Assembly: GCA_963696385.1 (NCBI GenBank)
Contig: CAVOKF010000008.1
Coordinates: forward strand, 128,001 to 192,000
DNA from: an uncultured delta proteobacterium
GTDB taxonomy: Bacteria > Myxococcota_A > Polyangia > Polyangiales > Polyangiaceae
Direction of reading: 5' to 3'
Length of the DNA stretch: 64,000 nt
Shown: in pieces, positions 27,782 through 37,687 of the stretch
How positions within the stretch are numbered: position 1 is the first letter of the stretch
How the letters are laid out: every line of letters starts with the position of its first letter
Notes under the pieces: generated by a model
Told to the model about the DNA's origin: nothing
Seen by the model: the letters and a program-made list of their open reading frames with translations, nothing else
Database searches by the model: none
Program-made: the position numbers and the translations under genes

Positions 27782-29503
27782 CTATCCGGCGAGCGTCACG
27801 AGAGCGCTCTTCATATGCCCTGCACCGCCGGGTGGTGCTGGGAAATCAGCCGGTTCGGGCAAGTCCTTCACTTGAGTCGGTTCCCGCCCCGCCTCGCGGC
27901 AGGCCTCGAACAGGATGCGACGGAACTTGGAGGCAGAAATTCCCCGATGGTTGGTGCAGGCAAGCAGCCGCCCGCCCGGACCGAGTACCGCGATCGCCGC
28001 CGCGGCGAGTGCCCCGTAATCCTCGTCGGCCACGAAGCGTCCCCTGCGCGTGGTCGAATAGCTGGGCGGGTCGAGCGCCACGATATCGAATCGCTCGCCG
28101 CGACGCCCCACGCGAGCGAGCCAGGTGAACACGTCGTCCACCACCAACGCGTGATCGCCGCCGGGAAGGACGCCCGCGAGAGCGAGGTTGGCACGACCCC
28201 GCTCGAGAGCCGCCAGGGAGGCGTCGACGCTCACCGTGCGTGAAGATCCTCCGAGGGCAGCGCAAACGGTGAACGCGCACGTATACGAAAATAAGTTCGC
28301 GAAGCTTTTTCCCGCCGCCAGATCTCGGACGCGACGGCGATTGCTCCTTTGGTCGAGAAACAGTCCCGTCGACAGTCCATCGCCCAGCCGAACGAGCAGC
28401 GGTACGCCCTCCTCGAGAATCGGAAACTCCTCGGGCGCAGCCACCCCCCGAACGGGGTGCGGCGGCGCAATGTCGACTCGCCGCGTGTCGACCAACAGGT
28501 TCGCCTGCTTCGGGCGCACCTTGACGTAGACGCCGTCGAAACCCAACCCGCCGAGGCGATCGAGCACTCGTTGCTTGCGCGCCGGATCGCTCCACGGACC
28601 GTCGGTCCCGTAGAAATGCGCCACCAGCCACGCACCGTATACGTCGACCGCCAGGCGAGGCATGGCGTCTCCGTCCTCGTTGATCAGTCGAAACGCCGTC
28701 GTCGTGCGACCCGCGCCGTACAAATCGCTGCGGCCGAGGCCCCAGCGACGCTCGACGGCATGATCGAGCGCGAGGCCGAGCGTCCCGTCGTCGTCGTAGA
28801 TGGCGTCGCCGGCGTCGCCGCCGTCGAGCCACGCCGCGAACTCGGCAGGAGCCGCGGCCACAAGATCGAGCCGGCGCCCCGCCGTCGGGTGAGTCAAGGC
28901 GAGCGCGGAAGCATGCAGCATCAGACGGGGCGCCCGAGCGCCGCCGTACAGGGCGTCCCCACCGATTGGCGAGCCCGCATTCGCGAGCTGCGCGCGCGCC
29001 TGATGCGTGCGACCGGTGCGAAGGTCGAGCTCGAGCATGGCCCGGTCGCCGCGTCGGGCGAGGCAGCGCACCTGGGTGACCGCCGCCTTCGCGCCAGGCG
29101 AACGCGACGCCACGACGTGCGATCGGCCGCCCTTGCCCCGAACCAGCCCATCCTGCAACGTCACTCGATCCCGCCCGCGCGGCCAGCCCGACACGCACGC
29201 GATGTACCTCTTCATCACCGTGCGGCCCTCGAACTGGGCCGCCACGTCCGCATTGACCTCGCGGCGACGCGTCATCAAGACCAGGCCGCTCGTGTCCCGG
29301 TCGAGCCGCTGGTGGACGCCGAGGTACCCCTGTTCGCCGCGGCTTGCGAGGTAGCGCTTCAACCGACCGACGAGGTCATCCGGCCGCTGTTCATCGGCGG
29401 CTTGCGACGACACACCCACCGGCTTGTCGACCGCCATCACGTCGGCGTCCTCGTACACGACCCAGCCTTCGCGAAAGTCCGGCCACACGCGCGCTCGATC
29501 CAT
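27782..29503 (-). CDS. Fusion: RluA-family pseudouridine synthase + RlmI/RlmK-like SAM-dependent methyltransferase
   Basis: N half: VDKPVG, HQRLDRDTSGL, TGRTHQ, PIGGDALYG, LMLHA. C half: RLINEDGD..AVDVYG, TGLFLDQR, NLFSYT, DPPSY. Confidence 0.88.
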   Translation of the reverse strand: MDRARVWPDFREGWVVYEDADVMAVDKPVGVSSQAADEQRPDDLVGRLKRYLASRGEQGYLGVHQRLDRDTSGLVLMTRRREVNADVAAQFEGRTVMKRYIACVSGWPRGRDRVTLQDGLVRGKGGRSHVVASRSPGAKAAVTQVRCLARRGDRAMLELDLRTGRTHQARAQLANAGSPIGGDALYGGARAPRLMLHASALALTHPTAGRRLDLVAAAPAEFAAWLDGGDAGDAIYDDDGTLGLALDHAVERRWGLGRSDLYGAGRTTTAFRLINEDGDAMPRLAVDVYGAWLVAHFYGTDGPWSDPARKQRVLDRLGGLGFDGVYVKVRPKQANLLVDTRRVDIAPPHPVRGVAAPEEFPILEEGVPLLVRLGDGLSTGLFLDQRSNRRRVRDLAAGKSFANLFSYTCAFTVCAALGGSSRTVSVDASLAALERGRANLALAGVLPGGDHALVVDDVFTWLARVGRRGERFDIVALDPPSYSTTRRGRFVADEDYGALAAAAIAVLGPGGRLLACTNHRGISASKFRRILFEACREAGREPTQVKDLPEPADFPAPPGGAGHMKSALVTLAG

Positions 29504-29637
29504 CGATCGCGACCGCTACTAGCATGCGCGGCGCGATCCCCGGACGCGAGCGCCGGATCTCCGGACGCGAAAGAGCCCGGACCCGAGCGTTCCCGACGTT
29601 GACAATTCCCCCAGCGGCGTTAGTTCCAAACGTGTCC

Positions 29638-29898
29638 ATGCCGAGCTCCGAGACCGTACGAGCACGACTGCTCTGCGCCTTCCCACGGGCGAGCATCGAC
29701 GTCACGGACCTGACCGGCACGCGGGACCATTTTCAGGCGGTCGTGGTCGCTCCCGATTTCGACGGGAAGTCGCAAATCGAGCAGCATCGAATGGTGTATG
29801 CGGCTCTCGGCGACTGGATGGGTGGCGCCATCCACGCGCTCGCCTTGGCCACGCGCGCCCCCGACGCCTCTATGCAGAAGACACACGAGGACCCATGA
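29638..29898 (+). CDS. BolA/IbaG family protein
   Basis: DLTGTRDHFQAVVVAPDFDGKSQIEQHRMVY..IHALAL; coupled to grxD. A perfect TTGACA lies at 29599-29604. Confidence 0.92.
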   Translation: MPSSETVRARLLCAFPRASIDVTDLTGTRDHFQAVVVAPDFDGKSQIEQHRMVYAALGDWMGGAIHALALATRAPDASMQKTHEDP

Positions 29899-30218
29899 GC
29901 GATGACACCCGATCCCGTATCGAAGATCTCATCAACAATAATGCGGTGATGCTCTTCATGAAAGGGACCAAGCAATTCCCCGCGTGCGGCTTTTCCCATT
30001 CCGTCGTGCAGATCCTGAAGCAGCAGGGCGTGCCCTTCGAAACGTTCAACATCCTGTCGGACCCCGGCGTCCGCCAGACGCTCAAGGAGTACTCGAGCTG
30101 GCCGACGTATCCTCAGCTGTACGTCGGGGGAAAATTCATCGGCGGCTGCGACATCGTCACCGAGATGCATCAGAACGGCGAGCTCGCGAAGGAGCTCGCG
30201 GCGATCCACAAAGCCTGA
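29895..30218 (+). CDS. grxD: Monothiol glutaredoxin Grx4
   Basis: LFMKG, CGFS, WPTYPQLY, GGCDI. Confidence 0.96.
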   Translation: MSDDTRSRIEDLINNNAVMLFMKGTKQFPACGFSHSVVQILKQQGVPFETFNILSDPGVRQTLKEYSSWPTYPQLYVGGKFIGGCDIVTEMHQNGELAKELAAIHKA

Positions 30219-30230
30219 TCTCGCCCGCGC

Positions 30231-30476
30231 CTACCGACGAAACCAACCAAAGTGGCTCGCGACCAAGAGAAGCGCCAGCGCGAGCGCAACCTCGACGGCC
30301 AATCGCGAGCTCCATTTGACGAGCCGCCAAGACGCGACGAGTGTCAACGCGGCGACCAGGATCACCGGTAGGCCCGTGTGGTGCGCAACCCAGCGCAGGC
30401 CGGCACGCAGCGCGTGCATGCCCGCCGGCAGCCAGGCCAGCAGCGCGCGGTGCAGGTCGAGCAGGTGCGGGCGCAC
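30231..30476 (-). CDS. Small hypothetical membrane protein
   Basis: 81 aa with two hydrophobic segments; fills the gap between grxD and the next gene. Confidence 0.5.
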   Translation of the reverse strand: MRPHLLDLHRALLAWLPAGMHALRAGLRWVAHHTGLPVILVAALTLVASWRLVKWSSRLAVEVALALALLLVASHFGWFRR

Positions 30477-30490
30477 GGATCCGTAGGCTA

Positions 30491-32118
30491 GTGGAACTCC
30501 GGTCGCGCCTTCCGGGCAACTTTCTTCCGGCCCGCGTTTGGCCCTGGATGTCCCTCGCTCTTGCGATCTCGGCGAGCGCCCTGCCCTTCTGGCTCTTCGA
30601 CGCCATCCCGTTTCAGGATTTGCCCGCCCACGCCGGACTGATCGCGCTGCGGCATCGGTTCGCCCAGTCGGCGTTCGAGCGGCGATTCTTCGTGGTCGCC
30701 CCGCACCTCGGACCGTACTCGCTCTTTCGCTTCCTCGGGGAGATCCTCGACGTGCGGTTCGGCCCGATCGACGCCGTTCGCGCGTTGGCGACCCTGCCGG
30801 TCGTCCTGACCCCGATCGCCCTTTGTTGGGCGCGCCGACGCTTGCACGACGATCCGCACCCGTCGGTCCCGTTCTACGGCGTCGCCCTCGGATTTGGGTT
30901 CATGACGCTGCTCGGATTCGCGAGCTACCTGCTCGGGGTGACCGCGATCGTCGTCGGGCTGACCCTGTGGCTCGAGCTTCTCGCGACGACGGACCTCGGC
31001 GTCGGGTTTCGCCGCGAGATCGCCGTGGCGTGCTTTGCGCCCTTGATTTTCGTCGCCCACGGCTATGCGTTCGTCGTCTTCCTCGGCCTCGCCGCGGCGT
31101 CCTCGGTGGCGACGGGCAACCGTCTACGACGCGCGCTTCGCCTGAGAGCGCTGGTGCCCGCGATCGCCCTGGCGGCCCACGCGGCGTGGCGCGATCGCGT
31201 CGCTCGGGTTCCGCCGGGAGCCGCCTCGGTGCCGGGCGCCGGATTGCGGCTGCATTTCAGGGGATCGCCGACAAGTTGAGCCTGCTCGTCACGCCGACGC
31301 TCATGACGCGGTACGGCGTCGACGTGCTCGTCGGGTTGTTCGTTTGGGGAGTCGTCGGGGCCGCGGTGGTCGCTACGGCGAGGACGCTCTGCGTGGCGAA
31401 AGCAACCCCCGACGGCCGCGAGGACCGTGCTGCCGGCGACCGTGCGGCACGCGACGAAGCCTCGCGCGCGCACTCTCGGGCACTGATCGGTTCGCTCGCG
31501 GCCCTTGGGGGGGCGTTCGTCGTCCTGCCGCACTCGGTCGGATGGTTCGGATTCGTCGACGGTCGATTGGTGCCGCTTCTGATCCTCGTGGGCATGATGT
31601 CCGTTCGTCGCTCCGCCCTCGGACCCACGTTGCGCACCGTGTTCGACCGAGGGGCTCCGATCGCGGCCTTCGCCGGCGTGGCCATCGTGCTTTTTGCCTC
31701 GGTTCGCTTCCAGGCGGAGGCTTTCGGTTGGCGAGAAGTCCTGGGGTCGGTGCCCGCCGAGGCGCGCCTCTTGAATTTCCCGATCGAACCGAACAGCGAT
31801 GTCTTTACCGCACACCCCTTCGTTCACTACGACAAACTCGTGCTCGCGGACCGACCGGTGGTCGTGAGCGACTTGTGGTTTCACCAGGGATCGGCCGTGT
31901 ACCCGACGGCCGACAACCCGGCGATCCATCTGCCCGCCGAATACGTCGAAAGCGATCTTCACGGCATCGACTGGCCGGCCTATCGGCTGGCCGATTGGGA
32001 CTACGTGCTCATTCGAACGCGCCCCGGCGCCGACCGGCCCGACGTCCCGCCGGTCCTGACTTTGGCGGTGCATCGCGGGGGCTGGTGGCTCTTTCGAAGA
32101 GCCGTACCCGACCTTTGA
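30491..32118 (+). CDS. Multi-pass membrane protein, possible GT-C glycosyltransferase; frameshift near 31257
   Basis: PFQDLPAH loop after TM1, GFMTLLGFASY, many TMs. The frame changes at LHF/QGIADK and a soluble C-terminal domain follows. Confidence 0.6.
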
Positions 32119-32148
32119 CCCGTTATTGAGATCGCGTACCCTAGGCGG

Positions 32149-33516
32149 ATGCGTTTGGTGGCATTCGGCGTGGGTTACGTGGGACTCGTCACGGGTACGG
32201 GCCTCGCGGAGCTCGGACACGACGTGCTTTGCGTCGATATCGACCCGGATCGCATCGCTCAACTCCAAGACGGGGTGATTCCGATTTACGAGCCGGGCCT
32301 CGCCGACCTCGTTCGACGAAACGAACGCGCCGGGCGCCTGAAGTTCGCGACCGACGTGATGGCCCCCTTCGACGAAGCCGACGCGTACTTCATCGCCGTC
32401 GGCACCCCGCCTGGACCCGACGGCGCGGCCGACATCAGCGCCGTGCTCACGGTCGGCGACCGAATCGCGCAGATCGCCAAGAGGCCGGCTCTCGTGGTGA
32501 ACAAGAGCACCGTGCCTGTCGGCACGTGCGACACGGTGCAAGCCCGAGTCGACAAGGCCAAAGTGACTCTCGAGGTCGTCTCGAATCCCGAGTTTTTGAA
32601 GGAGGGGACCGCGGTCGACGACTTTTTCAAGCCGGACCGCATCGTGCTCGGCGCTCGGAGCGAACATGCCCGAGAGACGCTCCGGGCGCTCTACGCACCC
32701 TTGCAGCTGTCCGGCGAGCGCGTCGTCGTGACGGATCCGCGATCGAGTGAATTGACCAAATATGCGGCCAACACCATGTTGGCCATCCGCGTTTCGTTCA
32801 TGAACGAACTCGCACGCCTGTGTCACGCGACCGGCGCCGACATTCATGCGGTGCGCATGGGCGTCGGCAGCGATACGCGAATCGGCAAACGATTCCTGTA
32901 CGCGGGCCCCGGCTACGGAGGGTCGTGTTTCCCGAAGGACGTGCAAGCGCTCTTTCACCTCGGACGCGCCCACGGCGTGGCCATGCGATTGGCGGAGGCG
33001 GCGCACCTCGCCAACGAGGAGCAGGCGCATTTCTTGGCCCACCTCGTGGAAGCCAGCGTGGGCGCCCTATCGGGAAAGACGGTCGCGCTCTGGGGGCTGG
33101 CGTTCAAGCCGGAGACGGACGACATCCGAGAAGCGCCTTCCGTCAAGCTCACCCACGCGCTGCTCGCACGCGGAGCGCGCGTCGTGGCGCACGATCCCGA
33201 GGCCGGGAAGAATTTCGCCAAGGCGATGGCGTCCTATGCCGGACGCGTCAAGGTCGTCGATCGCGACTACGACGCGCTCGACGGTGCGCATGCGCTGGTG
33301 CTTCTGACGGAGTGGCGGAGCTACCGCGCGCCGAACTTCGGGGAGATCCGCAAGCGTCTGCTCTTGGCCGACGACGGCGGCCCCCCGGTGGTCATCGACG
33401 GCCGCAACGTGTGGCGTCCTTCGGAGGTGACCCGAGCGGGCCTACGCTACCAGGGGATCGGGGTTCCCTCCAACCAGCCGTCGCCGGACCGCGCATCGAC
33501 GACCGCTTTGCGCTGA
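32149..33516 (+). CDS. ugd: UDP-glucose/GDP-mannose 6-dehydrogenase
   Basis: GVGYVGL, KSTVPVGT, SNPEFLKEG, GYGGSCFPKD, GLAFKPETDDIRE. Confidence 0.95.
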   Translation: MRLVAFGVGYVGLVTGTGLAELGHDVLCVDIDPDRIAQLQDGVIPIYEPGLADLVRRNERAGRLKFATDVMAPFDEADAYFIAVGTPPGPDGAADISAVLTVGDRIAQIAKRPALVVNKSTVPVGTCDTVQARVDKAKVTLEVVSNPEFLKEGTAVDDFFKPDRIVLGARSEHARETLRALYAPLQLSGERVVVTDPRSSELTKYAANTMLAIRVSFMNELARLCHATGADIHAVRMGVGSDTRIGKRFLYAGPGYGGSCFPKDVQALFHLGRAHGVAMRLAEAAHLANEEQAHFLAHLVEASVGALSGKTVALWGLAFKPETDDIREAPSVKLTHALLARGARVVAHDPEAGKNFAKAMASYAGRVKVVDRDYDALDGAHALVLLTEWRSYRAPNFGEIRKRLLLADDGGPPVVIDGRNVWRPSEVTRAGLRYQGIGVPSNQPSPDRASTTALR

Positions 33517-33525
33517 CGAGAGCCC

Positions 33526-34482
33526 GTGGCCCGCTTCGCGGTCACCGGGGGCGTGGGCTTCATCGGCTACCACGTGACTCGTGCGCTTCTCGCGCGCGGC
33601 GACGAAGTCGTCGTCGCCGACGACTTTTCGGACGCGCCCTATCCGCGCGCGTACAAGAGGCGCAACGAAGCGGACTTGCAGGCGGAGTTCGATCCGGTAC
33701 GCGTCGTGGAGGGTTGCGTGACGGACCGCCGCGCGATGGCCACGGTCGTCGACGGGGCCGATTGCCTGATCCATTTGGCGGGGCTGGCGGGGGTGAGACC
33801 GTCGTTCGCCCAACCGGCCCGCTACGCGCGCGTCAACGTCGAGGGCACCGCCGTGATGCAGGAACTCGCTCGCGAGTTCGGGGTCGGACGTTTCGTCTTT
33901 GCCTCGAGCTCGTCGGTCTACGGCAACGCCACGCCGCTGCCCGCCCGCGAAGACGCTCCCGCGGTAACGCCCGAATCGCCCTATGCCGCGAGCAAGCGGA
34001 GCGCGGAGCTCGTGGCGAGCGCGCTGTCGAACCTCACCCCGTCGATGCGATGCGTCGCGCTGCGGTTCTTCACCGTATACGGGCCTCGGCAGCGTCCCGA
34101 AATGGCCATCGCCACATTTACTCGCGCTGCCCTCGCGCGGCAAACGGTGACGATGTACGGCGACGGATCGATGCGCCGCGACTTCACCCACGTCGACGAC
34201 ATCGTCCGCGGCGTGGTCGCGGCGGCGGATCGCGCTCGACCCGGGTTTCGCGTCTACAATCTGGGGTCCGGCGCGCCGGTCGCCTTGAGCACACTCGTCG
34301 AATGGATCGGCCACGCGGCGGGGGCCGCGATCCGGGTCGAACGGTCGCCGGTGCCCCTCGGCGACGTGGACGCCACGTTCGCCGACACCACGCGGGCGGC
34401 TAGCGAGCTCGACTGGAAGCCTCGCATCCCTCTGCGTCAGGGTCTAACGAGCGTCGTCGAGTGGATCCGAGCCAACGGCTAG
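33526..34482 (+). CDS. NAD-dependent epimerase, UDP-glucuronate 4-epimerase-like
   Basis: TGGVGFIG, HLAGLAGVRPS, ASSSSVYG, SPYAASK, LRFFTVYGPRQRPEMA, RDFTHVDDIV. Confidence 0.88.
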   Translation: MARFAVTGGVGFIGYHVTRALLARGDEVVVADDFSDAPYPRAYKRRNEADLQAEFDPVRVVEGCVTDRRAMATVVDGADCLIHLAGLAGVRPSFAQPARYARVNVEGTAVMQELAREFGVGRFVFASSSSVYGNATPLPAREDAPAVTPESPYAASKRSAELVASALSNLTPSMRCVALRFFTVYGPRQRPEMAIATFTRAALARQTVTMYGDGSMRRDFTHVDDIVRGVVAAADRARPGFRVYNLGSGAPVALSTLVEWIGHAAGAAIRVERSPVPLGDVDATFADTTRAASELDWKPRIPLRQGLTSVVEWIRANG

Positions 34483-34507
34483 GCCCATTCGCAACCGCGA
34501 ACTGCGT

Positions 34508-34948
34508 GCTTCCTGCTGGGGTGCTCGAGGGGAGCGGCATTCGCTCCCCTCGACGTGTCGTGGATACCTGTACGGCGAGAGTGGAGCCGAGCGAGCGAAG
34601 CGAGTCGAGGCGGAGCGAAGCGCTCAGGGCGACCCTGGTTCCGAAAAACTAAGAGCGAAGCGCTCAGGGTCACCCTGGTTCCGAAAAACTAGAACTAGCT
34701 TCCTGCTGGGGTGCTCGAGGGGAGCGGCATTCGCTCCCCTCGACGTGTCGTGGATGCCTGTACGGCGAGAGTGGAGCCGAGCGAGCGAAGCGAGTCGAGG
34801 CGGAGCGAAGCGCTCAGGGCGACCCTGGTTCCGAAAAACTAGAAAGCCGAGCGAGCGAAGCGAGTCGAGGCGGAGCGAAGCGATCAGGTTCACCCTGGTT
34901 CTGCAACTAAGAGCGAGCGCTCAGGGTGACCCTGGTTCCGCAAAACTA
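34508..34948. repeat. Nested REP-like direct-repeat mosaic between convergent genes
   Basis: ~144-bp unit at 34508 and 34698 (near identical). A ~39-bp module GAGCGAAGCGCTCAGGG(C/T)(G/C)ACCCTGGTTCCGAAAAACTA occurs 5 times. Internal 12-bp stem TCGAGGGGAGCG/CGCTCCCCTCGA. Confidence 0.92.
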
Positions 34949-36384
34949 AACGCGGGGTGCATGCGTTCGCGCTTCGTGCTCGGCGCGGGCCGCAGATGCC
35001 CCCCGAGATAGATGAGACCGTTGAATGCCGTCCAGGGGCGGGCGTGGCGAAACGTCGTGAGCCACTGCATCATTTTCGGACGGTTGACGCTGGGTCGCAA
35101 GCCGCAGGCAACGGCGTGGTCCTGCGCTTGCCGGAAGGCCTCCGCAGTTCGCTCCTGGACGGCGGGGGGCGAGCACCGTTCGCGCGCCCGCCGCGCGGCC
35201 GCCTTGCCCAGTTTGGCCCGTGCGGCCGGGTCCCGGATCAGCTCGACGGCGGCCCGGCCGAACGCCCGATCCGCGGACGCCTCGGCGTCGTCGCCTTTTC
35301 CCGGCGCGAACAGAATGCCGTTCGTGCCGTCGTGAATCTGAGCGGTGACCCCCATTCCATCGGCGAATGCGATCGTCGGCGTACCGCACCAAAGGGCCTC
35401 GCCCAGAACGTTACCGTACGTCTCGCTCAACGAAGCGTGCACGAACAGGTCCGCGAACCGGTAGTAATCCGGCATCGTCGTCCATGGGACCTCGCCCGTG
35501 AAGAAGACCCGATGCCCGGCACCCAAGTCGTAGGCCACCCGGCGAAAGTGCGCCGCGTCGGGCCCGTCGCCCACGAGCGTCAGTGTGGCCTCGGGCTCCG
35601 CCGGCAAGATGTGCTTGGCGAATATTCGGATGATGCGATCCTGCGACTTCTCGCGCGTGTGCCGGCCCGCGCAGAGCAGCCGCGGACCGCCCTGGGGCGC
35701 CCCACCCTGCTCGATAAGATGGGTATAGGGATCGGCTCCGAGGTCCCTGTCGAATACGTCGGGCTGAACGGCGCGCGGGATCACGTGAATGGGCGCCGTG
35801 ACGCCTCGTTCGCGCCAGTACGTGCGCAGCCCCTCGCTCAGAACCACTAGCCCGTCACTCTGGTTGTAGATGCTCGAGAACAGCCGTTCGAACGGGCGCT
35901 TCAGCGCGAAATGGAGGCCGGCCTGCACGAGGTCACTTTTGGACAGTCGCTCCGGCAATAAGACGTCGTAAGCCGCGACCAAATGCGTCGTATTCACGCA
36001 GAGTAACGGCACGCCCTTCATCTCGCGCAGCCAAATTCCAAACTGGAGCAGCAGCGTCGTGGTCTGCGCGAAGCAGATGTCGAAATTCCAGCGATCGGGA
36101 TCGAAAATCCACGGCGCAAGCGGCATCGGCAGATGGACGCCGGGATACGCCTTCAGCGGGACGCTCGGCAGGGCTACCGTCCCCGGGGCCAGTTCGTCCG
36201 GGGACGCGTCCGGATCATGAGGCCCGATGACTGTGACCTCATGACCACAGCGTCGCAATTCTTGATACAGGAACCGTGTCTGAAATACCGCACCGTTGGC
36301 GTAGGGGATCCGGATGAAGTCGCTCAAGATGGCAACGCGCAGCGGCCGCCCGTGCCGCGCGGCGAGGGCCGCAAACGGCGGCAC
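34921..36384 (-). CDS. GT4 glycosyltransferase, glycosyl-diacylglycerol synthase-like
   Basis: LRVAILSD..NGAV..GHEVTVIGP, LPSVPLKAYP, GRHTREK, SETYGNVLGEALWCGTP. Start uncertain. Confidence 0.88.
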   Translation of the reverse strand: MPPFAALAARHGRPLRVAILSDFIRIPYANGAVFQTRFLYQELRRCGHEVTVIGPHDPDASPDELAPGTVALPSVPLKAYPGVHLPMPLAPWIFDPDRWNFDICFAQTTTLLLQFGIWLREMKGVPLLCVNTTHLVAAYDVLLPERLSKSDLVQAGLHFALKRPFERLFSSIYNQSDGLVVLSEGLRTYWRERGVTAPIHVIPRAVQPDVFDRDLGADPYTHLIEQGGAPQGGPRLLCAGRHTREKSQDRIIRIFAKHILPAEPEATLTLVGDGPDAAHFRRVAYDLGAGHRVFFTGEVPWTTMPDYYRFADLFVHASLSETYGNVLGEALWCGTPTIAFADGMGVTAQIHDGTNGILFAPGKGDDAEASADRAFGRAAVELIRDPAARAKLGKAAARRARERCSPPAVQERTAEAFRQAQDHAVACGLRPSVNRPKMMQWLTTFRHARPWTAFNGLIYLGGHLRPAPSTKRERMHPAFSFAEPGSP

Positions 36385-36480
36385 GCCGGGACCGTGGACG
36401 GCGGCAAGCGTCGCGTTGGCCGGCCTTGCGCGCCTTGGCGCCGCCCTTGGGCCCTCGCCTTCCACAGGAGCCGGGATCGC

Positions 36481-37683
36481 TTGAAAATCGTCGACGTCAC
36501 GGAATTTTACTCGGAGCGGGGCGGTGGGATTCGAAGCCATCTGACGACTCGAGGTCACTTTCTGTGCCAGCGCAATCACGACCATCTGGTCATTGCGCCA
36601 GGCGGACGCGAAGAAGATGCCGTAACGGGCTCCAACGTCGCGCAAGGCGGTACGGGCAGGTCGCGGATCGTCCGTTTTGCCGGCCCTGCCCTGCCGTACG
36701 ACCGCACCTACCACTTGCTCGGGCGACTGGACAAGGTTCGGCAGCGGATCCGGAGCGAGCAACCCGACGTGGTCGAGGCTCATTCGCCGTACCTCGCGAC
36801 GGCGGCAATCCTAGGGTCCCGCAACCGTCTTAGACAAGTCACCACAGCGTTTTGGCACACCGACCACGTGGGGACGTATATCGAGCCGGCGCTGGCGGCG
36901 CGCCTCGGAAACGGGCTGACTCGCGTGATATCCCGTCCGCTCTGGTCGCTCACGGCAGCGGTTCTAGCGCCATTCGACGCGGTGTTCGTTGCGGGCCGGG
37001 CGCAAGCCGATCGTCTGCGCTCCGCGGGGGTTCGATCGGTCGTTTTCGCGCCCTTCGGCGTGGACACGACGATCTTCCATCCGGCGCATCGCGACGAAGC
37101 CTGGCGCCGCCGATGGCTTCCGGGGACGCGCGACGAGGTGCCCCTGCTGATCGGAGTCGGCCGATTCGCTTACGAGAAGCGGTGGGACGTCGTCATCCAA
37201 GCGTTCGCGCGGGTGCGCTCGCGCCGAGAGGCCGTTCTGGTGCTCTACGGAGATGGCCCCGAGCGGGAGCGGCTCGAGCGAATGGCCCCCGAAGGGGTCC
37301 ACTTTGCCGGGTTCGAGAAGGATCGACCGAGGCTCGCCGCTGCACTCGCCAGCGCAGACATCCTCGTGCATGCCAGTCCGTACGAGACGTTCGGCCTCGG
37401 TATTGCCGAGGCCGTCGCGTCCGGGCTGCCCGCCGTCGTGCCCGACGTCGGTGGCGCTCTTCAAAGCGTGGACCCGAGCTGCGGCGAAACGTATAGAAGC
37501 CTCGACCCGGCCGCCTGCGCGGCAGCCATCCACATGATCTTGGACCGGAATCCAGAGGAGCTGCGGGATCGAGCGGTCAAGGCCGCACAGCGAGTCCACA
37601 CGGCGGAGGCGCATTTTAACATAGTTTTATCCACTTATGACGAGTTATTGAAAGAAAAATATCATCACTCGCTTCGACGGTGA
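36481..37683 (+). CDS. GT4 glycosyltransferase
   Basis: TTG start MKIVDVTEFYSERGGGI, PFGVD..FHP, VGRFAYEK, ETFGLGIAEAVASGLP. Confidence 0.9.
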   Translation: MKIVDVTEFYSERGGGIRSHLTTRGHFLCQRNHDHLVIAPGGREEDAVTGSNVAQGGTGRSRIVRFAGPALPYDRTYHLLGRLDKVRQRIRSEQPDVVEAHSPYLATAAILGSRNRLRQVTTAFWHTDHVGTYIEPALAARLGNGLTRVISRPLWSLTAAVLAPFDAVFVAGRAQADRLRSAGVRSVVFAPFGVDTTIFHPAHRDEAWRRRWLPGTRDEVPLLIGVGRFAYEKRWDVVIQAFARVRSRREAVLVLYGDGPERERLERMAPEGVHFAGFEKDRPRLAAALASADILVHASPYETFGLGIAEAVASGLPAVVPDVGGALQSVDPSCGETYRSLDPAACAAAIHMILDRNPEELRDRAVKAAQRVHTAEAHFNIVLSTYDELLKEKYHHSLRR

Positions 37684-37687
37684 AACC

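Noticed and set aside
34508..34948. Possible CRISPR array
   Set aside because: Sequences between the modules are themselves repeated or absent, not unique spacers of constant length; no cas genes.
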